64,000 bases of DNA from Cyanophora paradoxa CCMP329 (lineage: Eukaryota; Plantae; Glaucophyta): contig QPMI01000657.1 in assembly GCA_004431415.1 (NCBI GenBank), positions 62,001-126,000 on the forward strand, written 5' to 3'. Below, one piece after another: positions 38,056-48,022 of this stretch. How positions within the stretch are numbered: position 1 is the stretch's first letter; each line of letters begins with the position of its first letter. The notes under the pieces are model-generated. The model saw nothing but the letters and a program-made list of their open reading frames with translations. It was not told the origin of the DNA and made no database searches. The position numbers and the translations under genes were made by a program.

Positions 38056-40395
38056 ATGGACAGCAAAAGTAAAACCCTGCTTACGAAACTCGCTAATTGG
38101 CTCCGCTCTAACGATGAGCTGGCGAAAAACCTTCTGATTCCCGTCGATCCTGTCAAAAAGCTTCCCGCTTTCGGTCATAAGGACGATACATGGAATTGGA
38201 AGAGATACGAAGAAACGGTTAAGTCAAACAAGTATGTCGCGTGGGGTATCCTCGCTAAAAACATCATCTGTGTCGATTTCGATCAGGAAGAAGACTTTAA
38301 CAAGTTCGAAGAACTCTTTCCTGACGATTTCAGCGCCGCTATTCCAATCGAAAAGACTAAGAAGGGCTACCATGTGTTCTTTGCACGCCCTCCTAAGTTC
38401 GATGAGCTGAAACTATTCGACAAAGCGCCTGCTTTCAAAGGCTACGATAAGATCGATTTAAAAACGAGTTGCTCTACCGGAACCGCCGGCGTTATCAATG
38501 TTTGCCCCTCTCCCGGTAAAACATGGATTCGCGAGCCATGGGCTACGGGATGTGAGCTTATCGAGCCATCGGAGGCTTTCCAAAATTGGATGATCGAAAA
38601 CTATAAACACAATGTTGTTATTAACATCGACAAAGCAAAGATTACAGGCAATGAATTCTTAACCACTCTCAATGAGAAACTTATTGAGATTGGCTTTGAT
38701 TTCCCTTCTATCATCAGTCAAACCGAAAATGGCTATAACTTTACTGCTCAGAACAAAGGCGGAATATGCCCCTGCTGCAATAATACACATGATAAGAACA
38801 ATTGGTATGTGATGAAAGCACAGGGAAACGATAAGGACAAATTCGTGGTTTCTAATTACAGTTCCCGATGCAAAAAACTATTTGTTAACATCGTAACCAA
38901 AACAGAACAATATATTAAGCTTTCCGCTCTTATTGATCTGGCGATTGGATCTAATGGCGCTCATTACGATGTCGCAAAAGTAGCTTATGAAGTCCTGAAA
39001 GATGATTACCGCTACTCAAATAAGACATGGTTCGAATTCGACACTAACTACGGTATTTGGGAGACTGACGAAACCTCAAAGCGTATTTATCTTGCTATGA
39101 GCTGCAAGGTTTGCGCGGCATTCATGAATCGTTCCTATGAGCTTGGATTTAAAGCCATGAGAGACGAAGAAAACCGCGAATCCTTAGATGAAAAGAGTAA
39201 ACTGGCTCTCAATATCGCAAAGAATCTTAAACAGACTGCTTACCGCACTTCTCTTATGACAGACTTAACCGTTATGTTTAGTCGTCCGACCTTTTTCGAA
39301 AGATTGGATACAGTGTCTAACATTATCGGTTTCACTAATGGTGTTTTCGATCTTAACACTATGACCTTCCGTAAGGGAAAACCCGATGATATGGTTAGCA
39401 AAACCGTAGGCTACGAATTCATGGCTGCTGACCGTCAGAAAATCGCTAAGATTCAGTCCATCTACGCTGATATTATCGAAGATCCCGATGAGCGTAACTA
39501 TATTATCGGAGCGCTTGCTTTCGCTCTCACAGGTCGGACTGATATCCAAAAATTCAATTTCTGGTCTGGAAAAGGTGCTAATGGTAAATCGCTACTGCAA
39601 GAAATGGCTAAGAAAACATTCGGCGATTACTACGGCTCGATCAGTATGAGCTACTGGACAAAGCCTAAAAAGAATTCATCAGATGCTACGCCCGATCTTG
39701 CCGCAATTCTTGGGAAGCGAATCGTATTCAGTAACGAAGCGGAAGATGGCGATAAGTTGCAAATCAGTAAGATTAAGGAAATCACAGGTGGAAACGAAAT
39801 GAAGGTTCGCGCGCTCTTTAAGGATCCCGTCGCCTTTATTCCGATGTGTCAAATCTTCCTATCCACCAATGATAACCTTTCTCTCAGCAAAGCTGACGAA
39901 GCCATATTACGTCGGCTCATCTATTGCACATTCAAGAGTGTGTTTAAGCCGAATCCTAAGGAAGGTGAAAAGAAAGCCGATATTACCCTAATGCATCTTC
40001 TCGATGACGACGAGTATAAAATGGCTCAAATGTCTATCTTCTTGGACATGTTTAGAACGCAAGACCTTGCCGACCTTATGCAAAATCCGCCCCAATCTAT
40101 CATCGATTACGGATCGGAATATTTCGCTGAAAATGATAAGCTCGGTGAATGGATCAGAAATACTTATGAAAAGACAGGAAACCGTGATGACTTTGTTTCA
40201 AGTGATTCTATTGTGAAGAAATACAGACAAATGGATGATAAGGTGGAACCGACAAGCATCGGTAAACGGATGCGTGAGGTATTTAATGTTAAGTCTGAGC
40301 CGAAACGTGAAAGGGGTGTATTGATGCGTGGGTATTTCGGAATTAAAGCCATTAATCACCGAAACGAATTTGTGGATGATGACGTGGAAGCGTAA
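38056..40395 (+). CDS. Primase-polymerase fused to D5-like SF3 helicase
   Basis: Prim-Pol motifs ICVDFD and TKKGYHVFF; Zn site CPCC..H; D5_N-like IGFTNGVFDL; Walker A GKGANGKS; GKRIVFSNE. Confidence 0.92.
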   Translation: MDSKSKTLLTKLANWLRSNDELAKNLLIPVDPVKKLPAFGHKDDTWNWKRYEETVKSNKYVAWGILAKNIICVDFDQEEDFNKFEELFPDDFSAAIPIEKTKKGYHVFFARPPKFDELKLFDKAPAFKGYDKIDLKTSCSTGTAGVINVCPSPGKTWIREPWATGCELIEPSEAFQNWMIENYKHNVVINIDKAKITGNEFLTTLNEKLIEIGFDFPSIISQTENGYNFTAQNKGGICPCCNNTHDKNNWYVMKAQGNDKDKFVVSNYSSRCKKLFVNIVTKTEQYIKLSALIDLAIGSNGAHYDVAKVAYEVLKDDYRYSNKTWFEFDTNYGIWETDETSKRIYLAMSCKVCAAFMNRSYELGFKAMRDEENRESLDEKSKLALNIAKNLKQTAYRTSLMTDLTVMFSRPTFFERLDTVSNIIGFTNGVFDLNTMTFRKGKPDDMVSKTVGYEFMAADRQKIAKIQSIYADIIEDPDERNYIIGALAFALTGRTDIQKFNFWSGKGANGKSLLQEMAKKTFGDYYGSISMSYWTKPKKNSSDATPDLAAILGKRIVFSNEAEDGDKLQISKIKEITGGNEMKVRALFKDPVAFIPMCQIFLSTNDNLSLSKADEAILRRLIYCTFKSVFKPNPKEGEKKADITLMHLLDDDEYKMAQMSIFLDMFRTQDLADLMQNPPQSIIDYGSEYFAENDKLGEWIRNTYEKTGNRDDFVSSDSIVKKYRQMDDKVEPTSIGKRMREVFNVKSEPKRERGVLMRGYFGIKAINHRNEFVDDDVEA

Positions 40396-40497
40396 ATATA
40401 AATGAATTGAATGATTACTTTCTTACTATTTTTTATAACCTTACTGTGTATGGTAAGATAAAACAATGTTACAGGTAAATTTCCGGTTTTCAGTAAG

Positions 40498-40590
40498 GTG
40501 TTACAGGTGTTACAGGTCTATCCCAAACTTTGGAACCGCCGACCCCCTCCTAGGGGAAAGTTTGGGATAGACCTGTAACACCTGTAACAC
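40498..40590. repeat. Perfect 34-bp inverted repeat with TGTTACAGG iterons (candidate replication origin)
   Basis: Arms at 40498-40531 and 40557-40590; homologous copies at 30449-30541 and 57293-57385. Confidence 0.85.
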
Positions 40591-40738
40591 ATACCATTCT
40601 CAATAAGACCCCTTTAAAAACATAAAATCTCAGTGTGAATATCCTTATTAATATTATTTGTAGTGTTTTATTACTATAATCTGTAAAAATTGAACAAGAT
40701 ATTTAAGCATTTCTTTGTTTGACTATACGAAGTTATCA

Positions 40739-40993
40739 ATGGCTACCCGTAAGTTTGCTTTCGAAATGACCGATGAAGAATTAGACCAAACCATGAAACA
40801 AGAAATTACCATAGAAGCAACAGCGGAATATTTAAAAAGGGTATTCGGTTCTAATCCGTTATTGGAAACAAAGAAACGCCGCACTCATGTTATCAAAGCG
40901 AATAACGTCCAACTTAAACTTATACTTCCTGAGGGCGTTAAAGTGCGGATTCGTGGAGTTACCGTTTATGATCCGAAATGTGTCCAAAAGTGA
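40739..40993 (+). CDS. PLV hypothetical protein (84 aa)
   Basis: ORF preceded by AAAATTGA (40686-40693) and ATTTAAG. Confidence 0.55.
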   Translation: MATRKFAFEMTDEELDQTMKQEITIEATAEYLKRVFGSNPLLETKKRRTHVIKANNVQLKLILPEGVKVRIRGVTVYDPKCVQK

Positions 40994-41054
40994 AATAGAA
41001 ATGCTCAAAAATCTATTAAACCACAAAATAAAAAAGATTTTGTTAGTTTTTTTT

Positions 41055-41939
41055 TCAACCTTGCACAATGTAATGATCGCTGCATATTCTAAATCGTATG
41101 CTTGCCAATTTAAAATGTTTTTTTAACAATTCAACAACTTGTTCGATTGTATACGCCACTGAACATTTAGTATCGCGATCCCATAAACAATCTAATTGTT
41201 TGGGAATATCTCTACGTTCCCATGCAACTTTGAAATGTAAGCGTATTTCAATACGTGGACATTCCATGTATTCAGCGAGCCATTCGAGGAATTGTTTCCT
41301 TTCAGCTCTAAATTTATCTATATCCTGTTTTCTCATTTTATCCATGTTTGGAACGAAGTTTTCACACCAACTAATAAACTTTCTTGCATTTTCCTGATTA
41401 ATAAGCTGTTGTCGTTCCCATTCTTTCTGTCTCTGTTCCCATTCTTCCTGTCTTTGTTTTCGTTTTTGTTCTTCTTCTTGTCGTTTCTTCTCTTCTTCTC
41501 GCCGTCTCTTTTCTTCTTCTTGCCGTTTCTTCTCTTCTCTTAGCCTTTTTCTCTCTTCTTTTGCTTTTTGTTTTCTACAATGATTACAATAGTCTTCTAT
41601 ACGGTTCCAATGCCTTTCCCCACATTGATGGCATAAGTCACCTCTGTGTTCTTCTGGCAAAAACCGTTTTATACAATGATTTCCAACCAAAACGATAATT
41701 TTCTTTTCGACATGCAATATATAACATTGCTCTTCTATGTGATGAGAACAGGCACATTTATTATGTTTTGGAGGAAGCTTTTCAATCCCTAAATTATAGT
41801 GTGCAAGTTTAGCGACTATACGAGGCATATTTAACTCACTTCCCAACTCAACATAATCTAGGAAGTTATCAGAACCACATAGATTACGTAAAGTCTCTTT
41901 TAACTGTTCGAGATAGCTATTTTTCTTTTCTGTCGTCAT
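41055..41939 (-). CDS. Zn-binding protein with coiled coil and DUF5710-like C-terminus
   Basis: CACSHHI..CYI...VGNHCIKRF; K/E/R/Q coil; LHFKVAWERRDIPKQLDCLWDRDTK. Confidence 0.65.
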   Translation of the reverse strand: MTTEKKNSYLEQLKETLRNLCGSDNFLDYVELGSELNMPRIVAKLAHYNLGIEKLPPKHNKCACSHHIEEQCYILHVEKKIIVLVGNHCIKRFLPEEHRGDLCHQCGERHWNRIEDYCNHCRKQKAKEERKRLREEKKRQEEEKRRREEEKKRQEEEQKRKQRQEEWEQRQKEWERQQLINQENARKFISWCENFVPNMDKMRKQDIDKFRAERKQFLEWLAEYMECPRIEIRLHFKVAWERRDIPKQLDCLWDRDTKCSVAYTIEQVVELLKKHFKLASIRFRICSDHYIVQG

Positions 41940-42061
41940 TTCTGTATGTGTTACACATAAAATGTTTTCTCATCTGTCATTTTTTGAGTTGTCTTTAAAT
42001 ACGTTTCTACATTTTTAAACGCGTTTCATTTCCGAAAAAATAATGTTCCTATAAATCAAAG

Positions 42062-45000
42062 ATGCCCCGCCAAACTAATAGACTTATCAAAGAAAAGAAA
42101 AATGAGATTATCGGACTGTTAGGAACCCTTTTAGTCACCGGTGAAATCACAGAAGCCGAATATGATAGAGAAGCCGCCATTTTAGATCGGAAGCCGCGAC
42201 TACAACAACTTACCGATATCGCTAATGACCTCTACGATCGCATGCAACGAATGGAAGACTTTATGGACGAAGGACAACGCTTAGGAGCGATTGAACCCGA
42301 AGTAGAAGATGGAGAGGCAATGAATCAGGCTTACTCGTGGCATTCTTACCGCGCAAGAAATCAAATAGTTGTGGATACTATCGATTATTTGGAACGCATC
42401 GCTACTAACCTTCCACAGCGAATTAGAACGAAGTTAGAACAACTCAGAGCCGTTAAAGTCCGTCTTACATTCGTTTGTCGGTTCGTTAAAGTAAGTAATG
42501 AACGCATTTTTATTACTAAATACATTTACAGTGACTACTTTGTTATCACACGATCCCGTAATATAAATACGGAATTGCGTAAAGCTCTACAAGAAATGCA
42601 AGAACAAATGAAACAAGTAGATAGTTATCGTTTGGATCGCTTAGAGATCCTTAGGGTAGTTATCATGTCTTACGCACCGGTGGGTGGTTGCTATTTTGCT
42701 ACTCCCGAATGGATCGCAAGAAAGAAAGCAACCGTTAACGTTAAGAATATCGACGGACAAGATTGTTTTAAATATGCTATTTTGGCTCGTCTACACCGAA
42801 AGGACATTAACCGCCATAAAAGCTATGATCCCATTCAATATCGCCGATGGCTTAATGAACTGAACTTTAATAATATCGAATTTCCGGTAGCATGCGATGC
42901 TGATGTTATCGATCGATTCGAAGAACAGAACCCGGACTTATCGGTTAATATCTACGGTGCCGATAACGAAAAGGAGTCATTCTATCCGTTACATATGTCG
43001 AGCAATCCACGTAGAAAGAATAAGATTAACCTTTTACTCATCGAAAATACGGAGGAGAATAGAGGACATTATGTAGCTATTGTGTCTCTAAGTCGCCTCC
43101 TTAAAACCACGTTTGATAAAGCATGTGATGGACGCATTTATTACTGTGAAACCTGTCTATCACGTTTCCGATCTCAGGCGAAATTAGACCTACACATAGA
43201 AGCTAATCGGTGCATCGATTGGAGGGAAAGTAAAGGAAAATGTCCAAAACCCGATACTTACATGGAATTCGGATTAAAACACCTAAGAAAGACTGTATGG
43301 CTTCCTGTGATCTGTTACGTGAAAATCGAAGATCATTCGGTATCTATCGGAGCAAATAAAAGTAAACGCGAAATTAAAGCTGTGTCACTGAGAGTGGTAA
43401 TAGGAGAAGAGGTAATAGCTTTTCATTTTGAGGGAGCCGATCCTTTGGGTTCGCTGTTTGCCAAACTCATAGAAATAAGACCGCATGTAGTGCAAACCCT
43501 ATTTAGAAATATTCCCATGCATCCACTCACAGAAGATCAGAAGGCGGAATATAGAACCACAAAACATTGTTATATTTGCTTGCAACGATTCACAGCTGAA
43601 AACTTTTCGGTTCGCGATCACTGTCACCAAACAGGCGATTATATCGGGAAAGCATGCCGAAACTGTAACCTCCATAGGCGAATCTCTAAACAAACAAAGG
43701 TAGCTATTGTCGTAGATCAAATGGACGAATGCGGACATGGGATATTCCGAAAGATAGCCCAACAAGACGATACGCTACGTGTGGAGATTCTAAGTAAAAA
43801 TTTCGATCAATATCTATCGCTACAATGGGGCATGTGGAAATTCATAGATGCATCGCATTTTATGGATTTCCAAAGTGCAAATGTCGATGATCTTATGTTT
43901 AAATTCGAAGAATTCCGTAAATTGGCGTTCTCTCAATATGGATTAGATCCATGTCATTATGTTAGCGCTCCTGGTCTATCCTGGGATGCTATGTTAAAAC
44001 ATACAAAAGCAAAGATTGAACTTATCGATGATGTAGAGAAATACGAATTTATTGAAAGAGCTATTCGGGGTGGATTTGCTACTATGCCCACACGATATGC
44101 AAAGGTCGAAAATCCCGATGATCATATTGTTTTATTGGACGCAAATAATCTTTATGGTTATGCACTCAGCCAACCTTTACCTATTGGTGATTATCGATGG
44201 GAAGAAACCACAGAGGCACTGAAAGAAGTAGAAGGACGAAACGCATTTATTGAGGTCGATTTAGAATATCCTATTTCCCTCGAAGATCATTATGACTTCC
44301 CACTTATTGTGAATAAAGAAGTGATCACGACAGATATGTTAGGTGAATACCAACAAAACCTATTATATATGACAGGCGAAAAATTAACCAAAGATCCACG
44401 ACTTACAGCAACATTTACACCAAAGACTAACTATGTCATATCACAACCTCTACTTATCTATCTCGTTAAAAAGGGTGTAGTCATAAAAGCGATTCATAAG
44501 GTGATCTCATTCGCTACTTCTTCTTTCATGAAATCTTACATAGCTCTGAATACAAGACTACGACACGAATCAGGGAATAGATTCGAAAGCGACTTTTTTA
44601 AACTCATGAATAATGCGATATATGGAAAATGCTTAGAATCTTGTAGGGGTCGCTCTTCTGTAAAGATCGCCAATAGTGAGAAACTATGTAAGAAATATGC
44701 CGCAAGTCCACTTATCAAAGCAACCAATGTATTAAACGAAAATGCCGTAGCCTTTGAAATGTATTCGAAACATGTAAACTTAGATAAACCCGTAGCTATT
44801 GGTGCTTTCGTTTTGGATTTCGCGAAGTTACATAATTATCAATTCTTTTATGAGGTGGTAAAAAAGAAATGGGAAATGGCTAAGCTACTTTTCCACGATA
44901 CCGATTCGTTCTGTCTACTACTGAAAACCGATAATCTAAATGCGGACATGAAAGCCATCGGTGAACACCTCGATAGGAGTAATTATAATCGCGATCATCC

Positions 45001-45343
45001 ATTATATAGTTTGTCGAATCGATTGACACCGGGGAAGTATAAAAACGAATTCCCAAATGCAAAGATCTTAGAATATGTGGGTTTGAGATCGAAACTTTAC
45101 GCTTTCAGAACTGAAACCTATGAAAAAATAAAAATGTCCGGGACAGCATCGAAAGAAGTCCATTTCGACGATTTTAAAAAATGTCTATTCGAAGGCATCA
45201 CCAAAACAGTAACAGTAAGAAACAAGCGACGGCAAGACCACAGCCTATATGATTTGGAGAGTAGAAGGGTTGCCCTAAATCAAATCGATAGCAAAAGGAA
45301 GATATCAAACGACGGCATTCACAGTATCCCATTTGGTGTCTGA
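42062..45343 (+). CDS. Protein-primed family B DNA polymerase (Maverick type)
   Basis: Polymerase motifs LDANNLYG, KLMNNAIYGK, HDTDS, GKYKNE, LRSKLY; EndoVII-like VRDHCHQTG..CRNCN; RGG motif. Confidence 0.95.
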   Translation: MPRQTNRLIKEKKNEIIGLLGTLLVTGEITEAEYDREAAILDRKPRLQQLTDIANDLYDRMQRMEDFMDEGQRLGAIEPEVEDGEAMNQAYSWHSYRARNQIVVDTIDYLERIATNLPQRIRTKLEQLRAVKVRLTFVCRFVKVSNERIFITKYIYSDYFVITRSRNINTELRKALQEMQEQMKQVDSYRLDRLEILRVVIMSYAPVGGCYFATPEWIARKKATVNVKNIDGQDCFKYAILARLHRKDINRHKSYDPIQYRRWLNELNFNNIEFPVACDADVIDRFEEQNPDLSVNIYGADNEKESFYPLHMSSNPRRKNKINLLLIENTEENRGHYVAIVSLSRLLKTTFDKACDGRIYYCETCLSRFRSQAKLDLHIEANRCIDWRESKGKCPKPDTYMEFGLKHLRKTVWLPVICYVKIEDHSVSIGANKSKREIKAVSLRVVIGEEVIAFHFEGADPLGSLFAKLIEIRPHVVQTLFRNIPMHPLTEDQKAEYRTTKHCYICLQRFTAENFSVRDHCHQTGDYIGKACRNCNLHRRISKQTKVAIVVDQMDECGHGIFRKIAQQDDTLRVEILSKNFDQYLSLQWGMWKFIDASHFMDFQSANVDDLMFKFEEFRKLAFSQYGLDPCHYVSAPGLSWDAMLKHTKAKIELIDDVEKYEFIERAIRGGFATMPTRYAKVENPDDHIVLLDANNLYGYALSQPLPIGDYRWEETTEALKEVEGRNAFIEVDLEYPISLEDHYDFPLIVNKEVITTDMLGEYQQNLLYMTGEKLTKDPRLTATFTPKTNYVISQPLLIYLVKKGVVIKAIHKVISFATSSFMKSYIALNTRLRHESGNRFESDFFKLMNNAIYGKCLESCRGRSSVKIANSEKLCKKYAASPLIKATNVLNENAVAFEMYSKHVNLDKPVAIGAFVLDFAKLHNYQFFYEVVKKKWEMAKLLFHDTDSFCLLLKTDNLNADMKAIGEHLDRSNYNRDHPLYSLSNRLTPGKYKNEFPNAKILEYVGLRSKLYAFRTETYEKIKMSGTASKEVHFDDFKKCLFEGITKTVTVRNKRRQDHSLYDLESRRVALNQIDSKRKISNDGIHSIPFGV

Positions 45344-45501
45344 TACACTGTATCTATACTTCTCTTTTTATTTTTTCGGTCTCCTAAAAGTAATATACCT
45401 CGGAGGATGTGTAATAACCATATACATTTTTGAAATGGATCTTTTGGGTCAATTTCATAGAAATTAGGTATGGGGTTCTCTTTCCATACTGGGTCGTCCA
45501 T
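45319..45501 (-). CDS. Small hypothetical protein (60 aa)
   Basis: Short ORF converging on polB in a gene-dense region. Confidence 0.35.
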   Translation of the reverse strand: MDDPVWKENPIPNFYEIDPKDPFQKCIWLLHILRGILLLGDRKNKKRSIDTVYQTPNGIL

Positions 45502-45527
45502 TATAAATATATCAGAGATTAAGTAGG

Positions 45528-45677
45528 ATGCGCACCATCTTAGCGAAAGTATTCCCGTATGAGCTTGTCGATATCATAATGATCTATTACCATAAGACGT
45601 GTCCGAATTGCTTTGATACTCGTATAATCACCAAAGGTAAATGTGGAAAGATTCTTATTTGTATGTCTAAAATTTAA
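45528..45677 (+). CDS. 49-aa micro-ORF with F-box-like start and CxxC
   Basis: MRTILAKVFPYELVDIIMIYYHKTCPNC...; fills the gap exactly and is below the ORF-track size cutoff. Confidence 0.35.
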   Translation: MRTILAKVFPYELVDIIMIYYHKTCPNCFDTRIITKGKCGKILICMSKI

Positions 45678-45946
45678 TCAAAATACAACATAACGGGTTT
45701 CTCTTCTATGACTATTCCCCATGTTGTCCTTTTTCTGTATGCATGAGAGTGTTTTTTAGAACACTGTCGGCAACCTGACCCCTTAATATGATTAAATCCG
45801 TAGGTTTGGAACGTTTTATTACATTGTAGGCATCTAACAGATACCTTTTCTTGTGCTTTCTTATAAACAGTGTCGGTATAATCAAATTTATCCTTACCAT
45901 GGACTGACATAGCGGTATCTATAAACTTTCTTGTTTTTTCATCCAT
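45674..45946 (-). CDS. DUF723-like Zn-ribbon protein
   Basis: FIDTAMSVHGKDKFDYTDTVY...KVSVRC..C..F...H..GSGCRQC. Confidence 0.7.
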   Translation of the reverse strand: MDEKTRKFIDTAMSVHGKDKFDYTDTVYKKAQEKVSVRCLQCNKTFQTYGFNHIKGSGCRQCSKKHSHAYRKRTTWGIVIEEKPVMLYFD

Positions 45947-45966
45947 TCCCTATATATACCTTAGAT

Positions 45967-46812
45967 TTATGGTTGTGGATCGCTACCGCCGACGGGATTG
46001 TATAGATTGGTATTTAGATATTGACCGAATCGGTTAGCTGTTGCGATTGCGTCGTTTCTTTCGGCATACATAATAACTCTATAATTTCCGAGTTGTGTAG
46101 CTCTTATTATAAATTGGTTATCTTGCGTATCTAAAAGAGGTATTGAGTGGAACGCCTGACCGAAATTATCTATGGGAATAATATGTATCGTTAGGCGCGG
46201 TCTTGCTCCGTCGGTTCTTCTACATAATGCGTAAATGTCCTCTGGTATCGTGTCTCTATATCTATAATGATTTCCTAAGGGTTCTAATACATCGGCTACC
46301 GCTGTTTGTAAACTAATAATGATTGTATAAATCTTTATTAGGTAAGGCTCATTCATACCTGGGCAATATGTCCTAATTCGTGTGTTCTCATCATCGGGAT
46401 TTGGTTGATCATTAACCAAAAGAGGCGCTCCAATGATACCACCCACTCTTAGACCATCACCAATATAAGCGCCTCCCGATCTACATTTAATTGCTCCGTT
46501 TCTCGATTCATAAGCAAAGTTAGTAACCTTGTTATCATCATTATAACTATCGGGATCTCCATAAAAAGCGTTAAAGTTTGCATTTGTAACAAGAAGTTTC
46601 GTAGTTTTCACAATTCCGTTATTTTTGTCACATCGTAACTCTTTCAGTCGCAATTTATGCGTATCACCAAAAGTATTAAGAGTAGGTGCAAGTTCGGTAG
46701 ATTCGAGACCATCGACATTATCGATAACAGCATGTTGTAATACGTGATTTGCCGGCGCGGCTAATGAAAGTTGCGCTGTTAAGATACGCTCGGGTGGAGC
46801 GGGTGCCGCCAT
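45967..46812 (-). CDS. Putative fibre/structural protein, paralog A
   Basis: Shares ELRxDKNxGxVKTTxLLVTNANFNA and RSGGAxIGxGxRVxG with the neighbouring ORF. Confidence 0.6.
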   Translation of the reverse strand: MAAPAPPERILTAQLSLAAPANHVLQHAVIDNVDGLESTELAPTLNTFGDTHKLRLKELRCDKNNGIVKTTKLLVTNANFNAFYGDPDSYNDDNKVTNFAYESRNGAIKCRSGGAYIGDGLRVGGIIGAPLLVNDQPNPDDENTRIRTYCPGMNEPYLIKIYTIIISLQTAVADVLEPLGNHYRYRDTIPEDIYALCRRTDGARPRLTIHIIPIDNFGQAFHSIPLLDTQDNQFIIRATQLGNYRVIMYAERNDAIATANRFGQYLNTNLYNPVGGSDPQP

Positions 46813-46831
46813 TTAATATATTAAAACATAA

Positions 46832-47674
46832 TTATGGTGTGGGATCACCTGGGAACGGATCATCGTAGAAGTTATTTAGGTTGTTATCGGGATTGAGACC
46901 ACGTGTAGCCGCCACAGCGGCTGGATCTGTTCGCATTCCGAAAATGAGAATATCGTAACCTCCTACTTCTGTTGTCCAAACATTAAACGTAGCGGGGTTC
47001 TGGTTGTCGAATTCCACCCAACCTCTACCGCGTCCGATTCCCTGAACAAAGAAAGTATAAGCCGGTCCGATAATACCATTTTGTGAACGACATATAGACT
47101 CAATAGATTTAGGAATAGCAATATTTGGTAGTAACCAATTTCCCATAATTCCATCGGGTTGTGTTGCATTTACGTTATCTACCCCAACTCTGACCATTCC
47201 AAACACATACGGATAATCTCCACATGGGGTATACATACGGATACGTTGCGGATTCTCCGCATGCTCAGGTAGAGTATCGGGAATATCGGTAACAGCAACG
47301 GAGGATGCAAGCATACCCGACACACGACAACCGCCACCAATAACAGCGCCTCCTGATCGGACAACAGCGGCGGCACGTTCTCCGTCAAAATCTAACGTTC
47401 TAATATCCACACCCCATGCATCGGGTTGCCCGATACCCGCGTTAAAATTCGCATTTGTTACAAGAAGTTGAGTCGTTTTAACCACTCCCGAATTCTTGTC
47501 GGCGCGTAGTTCTTTAACACGTATCATGCTGTTTTTATCAAATGCATTCGCGGAGTTAGCGCGTTCCGTCGATTCCACACCGCGAATTTCGTCGGCAACC
47601 TCGTGTTGTCGAAAGTGAACCGCGGGCGCACCCAATGCGTAAACTGGTAATTGGACTCGATTATATTCGCCCAT
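46832..47674 (-). CDS. Putative fibre/structural protein, paralog B
   Basis: Tandem paralog of 45967-46812. Confidence 0.6.
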   Translation of the reverse strand: MGEYNRVQLPVYALGAPAVHFRQHEVADEIRGVESTERANSANAFDKNSMIRVKELRADKNSGVVKTTQLLVTNANFNAGIGQPDAWGVDIRTLDFDGERAAAVVRSGGAVIGGGCRVSGMLASSVAVTDIPDTLPEHAENPQRIRMYTPCGDYPYVFGMVRVGVDNVNATQPDGIMGNWLLPNIAIPKSIESICRSQNGIIGPAYTFFVQGIGRGRGWVEFDNQNPATFNVWTTEVGGYDILIFGMRTDPAAVAATRGLNPDNNLNNFYDDPFPGDPTP

Positions 47675-47710
47675 TGCTTCTTTTACTAAGAAGGAAAGAA
47701 AAATAAACCA

Positions 47711-48019
47711 TTAAGCCAATGTGATAAGATTCGATCCAAGAGATTGGTAAGCGGTCGAAAGACATTGAATATTTGATGTCATCGCTTTTAGGTTAGAATC
47801 ACATTCGGCGTAACGTGCTACGGGATCACCATAAGCCGATTGCGCAAGGACATTAACCAAGAGGTTTTTATATTCATGAACAACTGGGGACAGTTTGTTA
47901 GTTTGCTGAATTGTTTTTTCGACATTTTGTAGTGCGGCTACAAGTTTGATAGTATCGAATGCAAGAGCAACAGGCTCAGAAGTAGTAGAAGGAGATCCAC
48001 CAAGTGGATAGGTCGCCAT
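47711..48019 (-). CDS. PLV hypothetical protein (102 aa)
   Basis: Intact ORF tightly packed in the minus-strand cluster. Confidence 0.6.
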   Translation of the reverse strand: MATYPLGGSPSTTSEPVALAFDTIKLVAALQNVEKTIQQTNKLSPVVHEYKNLLVNVLAQSAYGDPVARYAECDSNLKAMTSNIQCLSTAYQSLGSNLITLA

Positions 48020-48022
48020 TTA

